Below the pieces are notes generated by a model. It ran no database searches and was not told the DNA's origin. It saw only the letters and a program-made list of their open reading frames with translations. Position numbers and translations under genes: made by a program. A stretch of DNA of 50,158 bases from Patescibacteria group bacterium (GTDB lineage Bacteria; Patescibacteriota; Kazan-3B-28): the NCBI GenBank assembly GCA_041389145.1, contig JAWKSK010000004.1, positions 1 through 50,158 of the forward strand, written 5' to 3'. This document shows, one piece after another, positions 18,552 to 27,948 of the stretch (the stretch's first letter is position 1; each line of letters begins with the position of its first letter).

Positions 18552-18737
18552 TTAAAATGGATTCCAGTTTGCAGAAATGTTGGTCTGCCAGAAGAGAATC
18601 TTTGGTGCCAATACGTTGATAATTACAATCGCCACCAAAATAACTGCCAGTTGTCTAGCAAACGAATTTGTAAAGGCTTCTTGGCGTTTTGCCTCGGCCT
18701 TAAATGAATCTACAAATTCTTCACTAAATATTTGCAT
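18552..18737 (-). CDS. small membrane protein (hypothetical)
   Basis: 61-aa ORF whose ATG abuts the upstream TAA (TAAATG). One TM helix. Confidence 0.3.
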   Translation of the reverse strand: MQIFSEEFVDSFKAEAKRQEAFTNSFARQLAVILVAIVIINVLAPKILFWQTNISANWNPF

Positions 18738-20054
18738 TTATCCTCCTAGAGGTGATGCTATACCATCCAAGATCCTTCTGAAGAAGCTCTTGGGACCATC
18801 ATCTTCTTGGCCTCGCGGCGCATTAGATACTGTCTGACCAATTATACCGGTCCGGGTTAAAAACTGCAATGAACGTTCAAAGCCTGTTTTAGGGGCTGGT
18901 AAGTCTGGAACTACCGGGAATCCTGTGAACTCATTGGTGATATCTTTGAGCTCAACTACATTGTTCTGATTCACTATCCGATCTGCTTCTGCAGCCACGT
19001 AATCATCAATTAAATCAAACTGTTCGGCCCGTTCCCGATCGGTCTGTTCTCCCACTGGTGGAGTGACCACTGGCTCTTGCACATCTGGCTGATTAGGTTC
19101 AGATACATCTGGAGTGTTTCCAGCCGTTACCGTGAGTTTTACCACCACTGACTTACTCACATTTCCAGCATCACCACCCTTGGCAGACAGTAAAAATTCA
19201 TAGGGGAGAGCTGTGCTATTACTTTGGGTCACCAATCTCAGTGGCACCGTGGCTGGCAAACTAGTAACTGTGCTTTGTGGAAGCTCTGCTGTAATTCCAG
19301 CTACTAATCCGCTTACACTCAAGGTGATGTTACTGCCATACCCAGCAATAGGAGTGATTCCAATGCTGTATTCTGCAATCCCTCCAGCCGAAACTGTTTG
19401 AGTAGTAGGAGAGAGCGATACATCAAAACTTGGGTCCGGCGTTGGAGCCGTACTCTTAAAGATCCTAATTCCATTAATTACCCAACCCGCATCACCAGCT
19501 GCTGCTGCAAAGTTTATATCTATCACATCAGTAGCTCCACCCACATTGAATGCAATGTCTGCAGAAGAATAACTAGCCGTGTTAATAATGCTAGTCGTCT
19601 TACCCTTCACTGTTACTTTGGTAGCTACCTTGTCAGTGTTATCTCCCACAGCAAAGTTGAAGATGTAATCACCAGCATCTAAACCAGACACCTTAAAGGT
19701 CTGAGTTGTTCCTGGGCTAAAGTTGTAATCTCTAAGCATCCGATCATTCACCGCTGCCCCTCTGGTCACGGCTTGGATTAAGGTTCCACTTGCCCATCCA
19801 TATTTGAGACTTCCTGAAGTCTGTGGATACACACTGCCTCCACCTGCTACTGAAATAGCCCCTGAAGCCACATCACCAGATACTCCAGTCCCAAAGTCTA
19901 AGGTGTAATCTGGAGTTCCACTTGGTAATGCAAAAGCCCAGGTTGCAACCAAACCCAGTAATACTAATAGCCCTAAAACCAATCTCAGGTCCCATTTCAC
20001 CCAGTTCAGCAAACTGTGATTGTTGGTTTTTGCCATAGGCCCATTATAAGGCAA
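18738..20054 (-). CDS. surface protein with beta-sandwich/Ig-like domains (hypothetical)
   Basis: 438-aa ORF with N-terminal TM and S/T/G/V-rich beta-strand repeats. Confidence 0.5.
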   Translation of the reverse strand: MPYNGPMAKTNNHSLLNWVKWDLRLVLGLLVLLGLVATWAFALPSGTPDYTLDFGTGVSGDVASGAISVAGGGSVYPQTSGSLKYGWASGTLIQAVTRGAAVNDRMLRDYNFSPGTTQTFKVSGLDAGDYIFNFAVGDNTDKVATKVTVKGKTTSIINTASYSSADIAFNVGGATDVIDINFAAAAGDAGWVINGIRIFKSTAPTPDPSFDVSLSPTTQTVSAGGIAEYSIGITPIAGYGSNITLSVSGLVAGITAELPQSTVTSLPATVPLRLVTQSNSTALPYEFLLSAKGGDAGNVSKSVVVKLTVTAGNTPDVSEPNQPDVQEPVVTPPVGEQTDRERAEQFDLIDDYVAAEADRIVNQNNVVELKDITNEFTGFPVVPDLPAPKTGFERSLQFLTRTGIIGQTVSNAPRGQEDDGPKSFFRRILDGIASPLGG

Positions 20055-20228
20055 ACCTGAAATTAAACCGAGTTCTCCGACCTCTTAAAAATCAAAAATA
20101 ATTCAATTACCAAAAAATTGGACAAATATTCCAACCACCTATTTATTTCCTAATTTCATCACAAATTAGCCCGACTCCTCTACTCATCAGACCATTTTGC
20201 AAATAATTAGCTCCTAGAGCACATTTAT

Positions 20229-20257
20229 TTGACTTTATACCTGATAACAGGTATAAT
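20229..20257 (+). promoter_or_regulatory. consensus sigma70-type promoter of cassette C
   Basis: TTGACT (20229..20234), exactly 17 nt, TATAAT (20252..20257). SD GGAGG at 20304..20308. Confidence 0.7.
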
Positions 20258-20315
20258 CTACCCATCTTGTAGGGAATAATATCCCGGTATTAACAATTCA
20301 AATGGAGGTGAAGCC

Positions 20316-23075
20316 ATGCGCTTCATTCTTGCGTTTTTCATCTCTGTTCTCGTCGCAAGCTGCGGTGCGAATAACTCATCCACCATGGATGAGCAGACAC
20401 AGCTTCAAGACCAACTGGTCAAGGAGCTCAACAAGCAGCTGTCTATGACCTGGGAACCCGATATCGAACCCATCAAGAAGTTCGATGAGGAAACCAGGAC
20501 ATTGTACTGGTGCCTACGGGGAGATTACGATCTCACTGGTGAGGTTGGCATCTCAGATGTCACTCCCATCAGTCAGTACTTCCAGCAGTCAGTGGATGGA
20601 GAGGTTTCTCCCCCACTGATTCACGATGCTCCCTGGTGGGTAGATGGAGACGATAACGGGCAAATTACAACTGCCGATATTACTCCAATCGCCCGCAACT
20701 TCCAGGCTCGTGCGTTCTGGTGGAAAACATCAGTAGGCTGGGGCCAGACCTATGGTCCCTACGCTGGACTGTTCTTCATTCAACTTCCCGAGGATGTAAA
20801 TCCAGAGGAAGTGGTCCTGAAGATAAGTTCAGAACCAGAACCTGAAGTAGAACCTGAAAACATCGCACCAATTGCAATCCTGCAAGCGAATGCGGTGACA
20901 GGACTGGTACCATTCGAAGTAACATTCGACTTCTCATCCTCTATTGATATAGATGGTGAGATCGCTACCTACGACTTGGATCTGGATGGCGACGGCTACT
21001 ACGATGATCATTCAGTACCCACACCGGGTTCTGTGACCAAGCTCTACGATTCACCAGGAAGTTTCCTTGTGAAACTGCGGGTTACCGATAATGACGGAGC
21101 GGTTGGCTTTGACAGCTATCCGCTAGTGATTTCTACACCCGACAATCAGCCACCGGTAGCCAAGCTCACGGTTACACCAAGTTTCGGCCAAGTTCCCTTG
21201 GACGTCATCCTTGATGCATCTGAGAGCTTCGACCCTGACGGACACATCTACGTTGTTCAGTGGGATTTTGAAGGTGATGGCATCTGGGACATGCAAAGCG
21301 TGGGTCCAGACTCAATTCAACCTCACACTCACACCTATACCGAACCCGGGAAGTATATTCCTCGGATTCGAGTGAAGGACAACGACAACGTAACCAGCGT
21401 TGCTGAGGGCGCCTGGATGATGCTAACTGCGCCAAGCAAGCACGTTCCCACAGCGAATCTGACTGCTAATCCGACATTCGGAATTGCTCCATTGTCTGTA
21501 GTATTCAATTCTGCTGGCTCCAATGATCCTGATGGCTACATCGTCCAAGCAGACTATGATTTCAACAATGATGGAATTTGGGATGCTTATGATGCTGATC
21601 TTCAGGTGAACTGGGAATACACAGAACCTGGACTACATGTCGCCAAGGTGAGAGTTACCGACAACGATGATTACGAGGACTATGCGTCTCTCGTCATCAA
21701 TGTTGGCGTGGAAGGTAACCTTCCTCCTCTCGCATTCCTGAGTGCAGATTTAGTTGCTGGAAATGCACCATTCGAGGTGAACTTCAATGCAACTGGGTCC
21801 TCTGATCCTGACGGCACAATCGTCAGATACGATTACGACTTCAATGGTGACCAGATCTGGGATGCCTACGATTCACCTGCACAGGTGGCATGGACATTTC
21901 AGGAACCTGGAAACTATGCATCAGTCGTGAGAGTGACAGATGATGACGGAGAACAGTCATGGACCTACATCAACATTGAAGTAGGCCTTGGCTCATCAGG
22001 TGGCGATGCATCTGGTCCAGGTGACTGGGCAATGTTTGGGAGAGATCCACAACATACCAGCCAGAGTCCATTCACTGGACCACAGAATGCAACACTTGCC
22101 TGGGAATATCAATTGGGAGGCAACCTATTCCGCTCGAGTCCAGTAATGGATCAAAACGGTGTCATATACATAGGTTGTAGTGATTACTACTTATACGCTA
22201 TTAATCCTGACGGGTCCCTTAAATGGCGATTTCTGACAGGATATGTAGTGTATTCAACCCCTGCAATTGGACCAGATGGAACTGTGTATATCACGGACAA
22301 TGATGCGCAGATGTATGCACTTAATCCAAATGACGGGGCCTTAATATGGCAATGTTATTTAGGTGGAAGTGACATCATTTCTAGTCCAGTGATTGATACC
22401 TCGGGCAGAATCTACATTGGCACACCATCGGGACTTAAAGCGGTTAGTTCGTCAGGAACAATCGAATGGAGTTTCCAAACCAACGGAAACGTCCAATCAA
22501 GCCCTGCTATTACCCCAAGTGGTAATTTGGTGTTTGGAACTTCAAACTCAAGGGTATATTCAGTACATCCAATCGGTTTTCAAAACTGGGTATATGTCTC
22601 AGAAACACCTGGTACAAGTTTCGAATCCAGCCCCGCTATAAACCCAAATGGAGATATCTATATCGGTGCAACCAACGGATATCTCTACGCGGTTAAGAAT
22701 GATGGGAATCTGGATTGGAAATTTGCAACCGGTGGAGGTCTCTACTCCAGTCCTGCAATCGCTAACGATGGCACTGTTTATATCGGTGGAAGTTATGACC
22801 ATTACTTCTATGCAATCAACTCCGACGGCACCATGAGATGGAGGTATCAAACCAACGATCGAATAAATTCCAGTCCGTGTATCGGATTGGATGGGACTGT
22901 GTATTTTGGCGATCTAACACCAAGCGGAACTGATCTCATTTATGCAGTCAGCCAAGACGGCCAGTTAAAATGGGTATTCCCCGCAGGCGGAGAGATTCAA
23001 ACAAGCCCGTGTATAGGCCCAGATGGTTCTCTATACATTGGAGGAGGAAGAAATCTATTTGCCTTCCGCGACTAG
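20316..23075 (+). CDS. lipoprotein with dockerin-like loops, four PKD domains and a C-terminal PQQ/BamB-like beta-propeller
   Basis: Lipobox MRFILAFFISVLVASC. DGDDNGQITTADITPI dockerin-like loop. Four repeats of the ...F.A..S.DPDG.I..Y.WDF..DG...VRVTDNDG type. Repeated G.VY.GS.D..LYA.N..G...W motifs. Confidence 0.8.
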   Translation: MRFILAFFISVLVASCGANNSSTMDEQTQLQDQLVKELNKQLSMTWEPDIEPIKKFDEETRTLYWCLRGDYDLTGEVGISDVTPISQYFQQSVDGEVSPPLIHDAPWWVDGDDNGQITTADITPIARNFQARAFWWKTSVGWGQTYGPYAGLFFIQLPEDVNPEEVVLKISSEPEPEVEPENIAPIAILQANAVTGLVPFEVTFDFSSSIDIDGEIATYDLDLDGDGYYDDHSVPTPGSVTKLYDSPGSFLVKLRVTDNDGAVGFDSYPLVISTPDNQPPVAKLTVTPSFGQVPLDVILDASESFDPDGHIYVVQWDFEGDGIWDMQSVGPDSIQPHTHTYTEPGKYIPRIRVKDNDNVTSVAEGAWMMLTAPSKHVPTANLTANPTFGIAPLSVVFNSAGSNDPDGYIVQADYDFNNDGIWDAYDADLQVNWEYTEPGLHVAKVRVTDNDDYEDYASLVINVGVEGNLPPLAFLSADLVAGNAPFEVNFNATGSSDPDGTIVRYDYDFNGDQIWDAYDSPAQVAWTFQEPGNYASVVRVTDDDGEQSWTYINIEVGLGSSGGDASGPGDWAMFGRDPQHTSQSPFTGPQNATLAWEYQLGGNLFRSSPVMDQNGVIYIGCSDYYLYAINPDGSLKWRFLTGYVVYSTPAIGPDGTVYITDNDAQMYALNPNDGALIWQCYLGGSDIISSPVIDTSGRIYIGTPSGLKAVSSSGTIEWSFQTNGNVQSSPAITPSGNLVFGTSNSRVYSVHPIGFQNWVYVSETPGTSFESSPAINPNGDIYIGATNGYLYAVKNDGNLDWKFATGGGLYSSPAIANDGTVYIGGSYDHYFYAINSDGTMRWRYQTNDRINSSPCIGLDGTVYFGDLTPSGTDLIYAVSQDGQLKWVFPAGGEIQTSPCIGPDGSLYIGGGRNLFAFRD
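20868..21995 (+). repeat. tandem array of four PKD-domain coding repeats (about 280-290 nt each, diverged)
   Basis: Seen at protein level (about aa 185-560 of the 919-aa ORF). Confidence 0.65.
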
Positions 23076-23103
23076 AGCTTAACCGACTGAACCGGTTCCT
23101 TGA

Positions 23104-23129
23104 AGGGGCGCTTCGGCGCTCCTTTTTTT
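23104..23129 (+). terminator. intrinsic terminator of cassette C
   Basis: Stem aggggcgc/gcgctcct (one G-U pair), loop ttcg, then TTTTTTT. Confidence 0.8.
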
Positions 23130-23148
23130 ATATTCAAATTTACTTACC

Positions 23149-24522
23149 CTAAGACTCCACAGGGGTTGGCTCTGGTTCTGGAGCATGATGCATCTGAGCC
23201 ATCTCTTCTCTGATCAGGCTCTTGAATTGCATTGTCTTACCATCAAAGTAGATTTTCACGTTCCCTACTGGACCATTTCGATGCTTAGCAATGATAATAT
23301 CGGTTTCATTCTTCCTATCAGTTTCTGGATTGTAGTATTCATCACGATAGATAAACATCACTACATCCGCATCCTGTTCAATAGAACCAGATTCACGAAG
23401 GTCTGCTAGCTGTGGAATCTTTCCTGGACGTTGCTCCACTGCACGAGACAACTGGGACAGAGCTACTACCGGAATATCCAAATCCTTAGCCAAAGCCTTT
23501 AGGGATCTTGAGATCTCTGACATTTCCTGGACTCTACTTTCCTTGCTTCCAGTTCCTTCCATCAACTGCAAGTGATCTAGAATCAACAAATCCAATCCTT
23601 TCTCGGCTTTTAATCGTCTGGCTTTAGTACGCACCTCCATTACATTCACAAAGGCTGAATCATCAATGTAAATTGGAGTATCTGCCAGCACACTCATTGC
23701 ATCTGATAGCTTATTAAAATCATCTGGTGTTAAGTTACCAGTTCTTAACTTCCATGAATCAATTCCAGATTCCATTGATAACAAACGATCGATCAACTGT
23801 TCTTTGGACATTTCCAAACTAAACACCCCGACTCGATAATGTCCTTTTTTGGATGCATTTAATGCCATGTTTAAAACCAATGAGGTTTTACCCATCGAAG
23901 GACGAGCAGCCACAATTACTAAGTCAGAGGCCTGCAAACCATATAGCATCTTATCCAAATCCACGAACCCAGTTGGGATTCCTCTAATCTCTCCCCTGTT
24001 TTCATGTAGGTAATCAATTCTCTCAAAGGCATCAGACAATACATCCTTTACCTCTACGAATGGGTTCTTTAAATGTTTTCTCGAAACATTAAACAGTGTC
24101 TGCTCTGCTCGATCCAATGCTTCGTCTAGTTTTACCTCAGTGGAAAAACCTAATTCAGTAATAGTATTAGCAGCAGAAATAAGCCTTCTTAATGTAGCCT
24201 TATTAGCAACAATCTCGGCATACTGGGCCGCATGAGCTGAACTTAATGTTCCAGTAGTTAAAGCTGCCACCTTGGATGGACCACCTGCTTTATCTAAGTT
24301 ACCTTCGCTATCTAAAACATCTGTCACCGTCACCACATCAATTGGCTTGTGCGAATTATACAAACCCACCATCGCTCCATACACTAATCCATGACGGTCA
24401 TCATAAAAATCTTCAGGTCGAACAATATCCACCACCTTCCCAATCGCATCCTTATCTAAAAGCAGTGCTGCAAGCAGCGACTTTTCTGCATCAATATTCT
24501 GGGGTGGAGCTATTTCCTTCAT
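23149..24522 (-). CDS. dnaB: replicative DNA helicase DnaB
   Basis: Walker A ARPSMGKTS, typical DnaB N-terminus (PPQNIDAEKSLLAALL) and length. Confidence 0.92.
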   Translation of the reverse strand: MKEIAPPQNIDAEKSLLAALLLDKDAIGKVVDIVRPEDFYDDRHGLVYGAMVGLYNSHKPIDVVTVTDVLDSEGNLDKAGGPSKVAALTTGTLSSAHAAQYAEIVANKATLRRLISAANTITELGFSTEVKLDEALDRAEQTLFNVSRKHLKNPFVEVKDVLSDAFERIDYLHENRGEIRGIPTGFVDLDKMLYGLQASDLVIVAARPSMGKTSLVLNMALNASKKGHYRVGVFSLEMSKEQLIDRLLSMESGIDSWKLRTGNLTPDDFNKLSDAMSVLADTPIYIDDSAFVNVMEVRTKARRLKAEKGLDLLILDHLQLMEGTGSKESRVQEMSEISRSLKALAKDLDIPVVALSQLSRAVEQRPGKIPQLADLRESGSIEQDADVVMFIYRDEYYNPETDRKNETDIIIAKHRNGPVGNVKIYFDGKTMQFKSLIREEMAQMHHAPEPEPTPVES

Positions 24523-25997
24523 CCAAATACCTCACTAATTAATCCGGTATCAATTTCCTTGTTATCCGTATTCTTGTTTTCGATCAACTTATATTCGACT
24601 CTCAAGTTTACGCCACACTGACCCAATACATCCATAACCATTTGCATGGTAGTTGGCTGTTCCAGCTTATCCTTATGAAAATTACTGGTAATTCCAATCA
24701 CTATCTTGTCATCTCCCAGTCTCCAATCCGCATTCCTTAACACTGCCCCTAAAGTCGGACTATTTTTTTGAATCAATTCAATTGCCTCGGATTTATCAAA
24801 CTCAGCTAAATTTACCTCAGGAGTAGGAGCTGGCTTTGGTTCTGGAGCCACCTCCACTTCTGCCTTTGGTTCTTCCTGTACTGGCGGTGCTGGAGGCTGT
24901 TCATTCTTGCCACCCAACCTACTAACCACCTTCACTATCATCACTTCAAACGGCAACTGAGCTACCGAAGCATTCTTTACTTGGTATGCCAAATCCACCA
25001 TCTGTTCTAACCACCAGATTAAATCACTCTGAGTAATACCACTGGATAGGTTGGATAGGCTGGTTCTTTGCTCATCTGTCATCTGCAGCTCTGCACCTGC
25101 TCCCATCTTAATCACCAGCATCTGTCTAACCATATCGGTCCACATTCTAGCCATGGTGGTAAGATCAAATCCTTTACGATACATGCCATCCACTAGTCCA
25201 ATGGCTTTACCTGCCTCACCATTTACTACATGACTGGTCAGCTCACTCACTGAATTCCAGTCCAACCAGCCAAACCATTCACTCAGCTGATTAGCAGACA
25301 CCTTCTGACTGCCATCTACTAGCCCCATAGTCCGATCCAAAAGTACTAGAGCATCTCGCATCCCTCCCCCACTCTGGTTGGCAATTAAGGCTAATGCATC
25401 GTCTTCAATCTCAATCTGTTCTTTACCTGCAATCTCTTTTAAGTACTGTTGCATCTTCACCACCGGAATAGGCCTAAAATCAAACCTAATACACCGAGAT
25501 ACAATCGTAGCTGGAAACTTCTCTACCTCGGTACTAGCCAGAATAAAGATGGCATGGGCAGGTGGTTCTTCTAAGGTCTTAAGTAGTGCGTTAAAGGATT
25601 CCCTGGTTAGCATGTGGGCTTCGTCTATTACAAACACCTTATATTTGGCCATCGCAGGAGCTGTGTTGATTCCTGCGATTAGCTCCTTAACGTTATCAAT
25701 ACCTCTGTGAGAAGCAGCATCTAGCTCAATCAGATCCAGCAGACTTCCATTATCTGCTGCCTGACACATTGCACATTCTCCACAAGGATCCCCTTCTTTT
25801 ACATCCAAACAGTTCACCGCCTTGGCTAAGATTCTAGCCATGGTAGTCTTACCAGTTCCCTTAGGACCGGAGAAAATATAGGCATGACCAATCTTGTCCA
25901 GTTTTACTTGGTTTGCCAATGTTAATTTAATTGGCTCCTGGCCAACTAATTCACTAAATTTACCTGGACGATATTTACGATATAGTGCAATTTGCAT
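24519..25997 (-). CDS. dnaX: DNA polymerase III subunit gamma/tau
   Basis: GPKGTGKTT Walker A, zinc module CGECAMC, VFVIDEAHML box. Confidence 0.9.
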   Translation of the reverse strand: MQIALYRKYRPGKFSELVGQEPIKLTLANQVKLDKIGHAYIFSGPKGTGKTTMARILAKAVNCLDVKEGDPCGECAMCQAADNGSLLDLIELDAASHRGIDNVKELIAGINTAPAMAKYKVFVIDEAHMLTRESFNALLKTLEEPPAHAIFILASTEVEKFPATIVSRCIRFDFRPIPVVKMQQYLKEIAGKEQIEIEDDALALIANQSGGGMRDALVLLDRTMGLVDGSQKVSANQLSEWFGWLDWNSVSELTSHVVNGEAGKAIGLVDGMYRKGFDLTTMARMWTDMVRQMLVIKMGAGAELQMTDEQRTSLSNLSSGITQSDLIWWLEQMVDLAYQVKNASVAQLPFEVMIVKVVSRLGGKNEQPPAPPVQEEPKAEVEVAPEPKPAPTPEVNLAEFDKSEAIELIQKNSPTLGAVLRNADWRLGDDKIVIGITSNFHKDKLEQPTTMQMVMDVLGQCGVNLRVEYKLIENKNTDNKEIDTGLISEVFG

Positions 25998-26035
25998 TTC
26001 AAAAACCTCCGCTTCCCCTCAGCTATTTCACTATA

Positions 26036-27058
26036 TCACACGGCAATTGTGTTTCTCTCAGACATCAGATCCTCTAAATACAATCTCGTTTTGTAACTAT
26101 CAGCATGGGATAAATAACCAAGATATGACTGGTATCTGCTTTCAAGATTATCGTCTTCTCTGTCAATGGATTTAGAGAGGTTTTTGAATATCCTTCTGAT
26201 TGTTTTATTTCGGGGCAAATTATAGTGTGGCAAAGTCACATACCCAACATAATCTATCCCCCAGTTGAGCTTTCGGATGGAGATCTTGTTTGGATGAAGA
26301 TTCAACTTGAGACGGCCTTTGAGAAATTGATTAATCTCAACCAAATAACCCAATAGCTCGTCTTGGTTGTTAGACAGAAGAACAAAGTCATCGGCATATC
26401 TAAGATAGTGTTTGGCTTTGAGTTTATGCTTAACGAATTTATCTAATGGATCCATATAGACATTAGCAAATAGTTGAGATGTAAGATTGCCCAATGGCAT
26501 ACCTTTACCTGGACTGTGTTCAAAGCTCTGGATAATATTCTTTAGCAGATCCAATAGTTTTTCATCAGCTATTCGCTCCTCTAACAACCCGATGAGAATA
26601 TTATGATCGATGCTGTCGAAGAACTTACGGATGTCACATTTCAGAGCAAAACAGGGTTGGATGTAGTTCTTGGATATTTTGCGAGTAATTTGATTCAATT
26701 TTTCAAAGGCTTTGTGAGTTCCCTTCTCATTACGACAAGAGTAACTACCATGGATGAAGGTTTTATCAAAAACTGGGTAAAGGGTTCTGTAAATGGCTTT
26801 ATGTAGCAATCTGTCACGAACATTGGCTTTATGAATGCTTCTTGGTTTGGGGTCAGATATCTTGAAAGGATGGTATTTAGAGTGCTGATAGGTTCCGTCA
26901 ATCAAATCCTGATGTAGTTTTAAAATATTAGCCATCAAGTCTCGCTCAAATAGCTGGACATCTTTTCGACTGCGTTTGCCTACCGCAAACTCTCTCCAGG
27001 CATCCAGGAGATTATCTACTGAAATGATATGATGATACTTATTACTAATGACTTTCAA
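26036..27058 (-). CDS. DGR-type reverse transcriptase
   Basis: RT motifs including PLGNLTSQLFANVYM (DGR-typical [IL]GxxxSQ) and YADDFVLL. TTG start. Adjacent to the TR and the Avd-like gene. Confidence 0.85.
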   Translation of the reverse strand: MKVISNKYHHIISVDNLLDAWREFAVGKRSRKDVQLFERDLMANILKLHQDLIDGTYQHSKYHPFKISDPKPRSIHKANVRDRLLHKAIYRTLYPVFDKTFIHGSYSCRNEKGTHKAFEKLNQITRKISKNYIQPCFALKCDIRKFFDSIDHNILIGLLEERIADEKLLDLLKNIIQSFEHSPGKGMPLGNLTSQLFANVYMDPLDKFVKHKLKAKHYLRYADDFVLLSNNQDELLGYLVEINQFLKGRLKLNLHPNKISIRKLNWGIDYVGYVTLPHYNLPRNKTIRRIFKNLSKSIDREDDNLESRYQSYLGYLSHADSYKTRLYLEDLMSERNTIAV

Positions 27059-27083
27059 GGGAATTAAAATGACTAAGAGTATT

Positions 27084-27110
27084 CACACACACACACACAC
27101 ACACACACAC
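27084..27110. repeat. (CA)13C dinucleotide microsatellite
   Basis: Direct read: 27 nt of uninterrupted CA repeats in the 57-bp gap between the divergent RT and Avd starts. Confidence 0.95.
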
Positions 27111-27115
27111 TTCTG

Positions 27116-27490
27116 TTGCCACTGTTGCAGAAGTTAAAGACCTTATATGTCCTGTGGCATGATTATCATAGCATTCTGCCGAAAACCCACCGGTATTCAT
27201 TGGGGCAGAAAATAGATAACCTCTTTACAGATACGATTGAAGTGGTAGCTCAAGCTAGTTTCTTGGCAAAAGCCGAGAAGATTCCCTACGTCAAATTAGC
27301 CATTAGAAAGGTAGATGCACTCAAAGTGTTTCTGCTAGTTTTATGGGAAACTAAATCCTTAGATAACAAAAAGTATGTGGCTTTATCTAAACTACTAGAT
27401 GAGATTGGCAAGATGTTAGGTGGCTGGATGGGACAGCTCAATAAGCAAAACTCTCTCGACTTAAAGCCAAGAGAGAAACGAAGAAAGTAG
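27116..27490 (+). CDS. avd: Avd-like four-helix-bundle protein (DGR accessory variability determinant)
   Basis: 124 aa, basic. Pattern typical of the four-helix-bundle/23S-IVS protein family (...LDEIGKMLGGWMGQL). Only a TTG start with no SD in the current frame. Confidence 0.7.
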   Translation: MPLLQKLKTLYVLWHDYHSILPKTHRYSLGQKIDNLFTDTIEVVAQASFLAKAEKIPYVKLAIRKVDALKVFLLVLWETKSLDNKKYVALSKLLDEIGKMLGGWMGQLNKQNSLDLKPREKRRK

Positions 27491-27491
27491 C

Positions 27492-27625
27492 GACGGGCAA
27501 ACACCCAGCGGTTGTTGCCATTCCAGTGGTTGTCGGGATTGTCCCAGTACGTGTTGAGCCAACGGTCGTTGTCATCGTGGTTAACGTTGAACACGTTCGG
27601 GTTGCCATCGGAATCCGTGATTTGT
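27492..27625 (-). repeat. DGR template repeat (TR)
   Basis: 134 bp, 112/134 identical to VR. All 22 differences are at TR sense-strand adenines. AAC/AAT-rich. Confidence 0.9.
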
Positions 27626-27862
27626 ACGAGACATTGTCCGTAGGTCACCACCCTTTGATAAACTCTTGAGGTTGTATTTTATTTGACATCTTAAATGTCT
27701 TAACATCTCGCACCAAGTATCTTCATTTTTTGAAGTTTCATACTTCACACTGTTTGCAACCTTAATCACAAACACTCTGGAGAGTATGGATACTGGGTTC
27801 GGCAGTCAGCAATCTTAATCACTGACATATTCGCCTAGTTCCAAGATTAGTTTATCAAATAT

Positions 27863-27891
27863 AAAAAGAGCCCGCACGTTGCCGTGCGGGC
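27863..27891 (-). terminator. terminator or DGR-associated GC hairpin downstream of VR
   Basis: 9-bp stem gcccgcacg/cgtgcgggc with a 4-nt loop (GCAA on the minus strand), followed by TCTTTTT. Confidence 0.7.
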
Positions 27892-27948
27892 AAGGGCCAA
27901 AAGCAAAGTACTAATGGTCCAAAGGGATCAAGTTCTGAGTGCTGAGGA

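Noticed and set aside
27286-27651. 121-aa ORF spanning the TR and running antisense into avd.
   Set aside because: It is open only because the TR copies the reading frame of the target C-terminus. Beyond the TR it reads antisense avd with no SD. It is interpreted as the non-coding TR.
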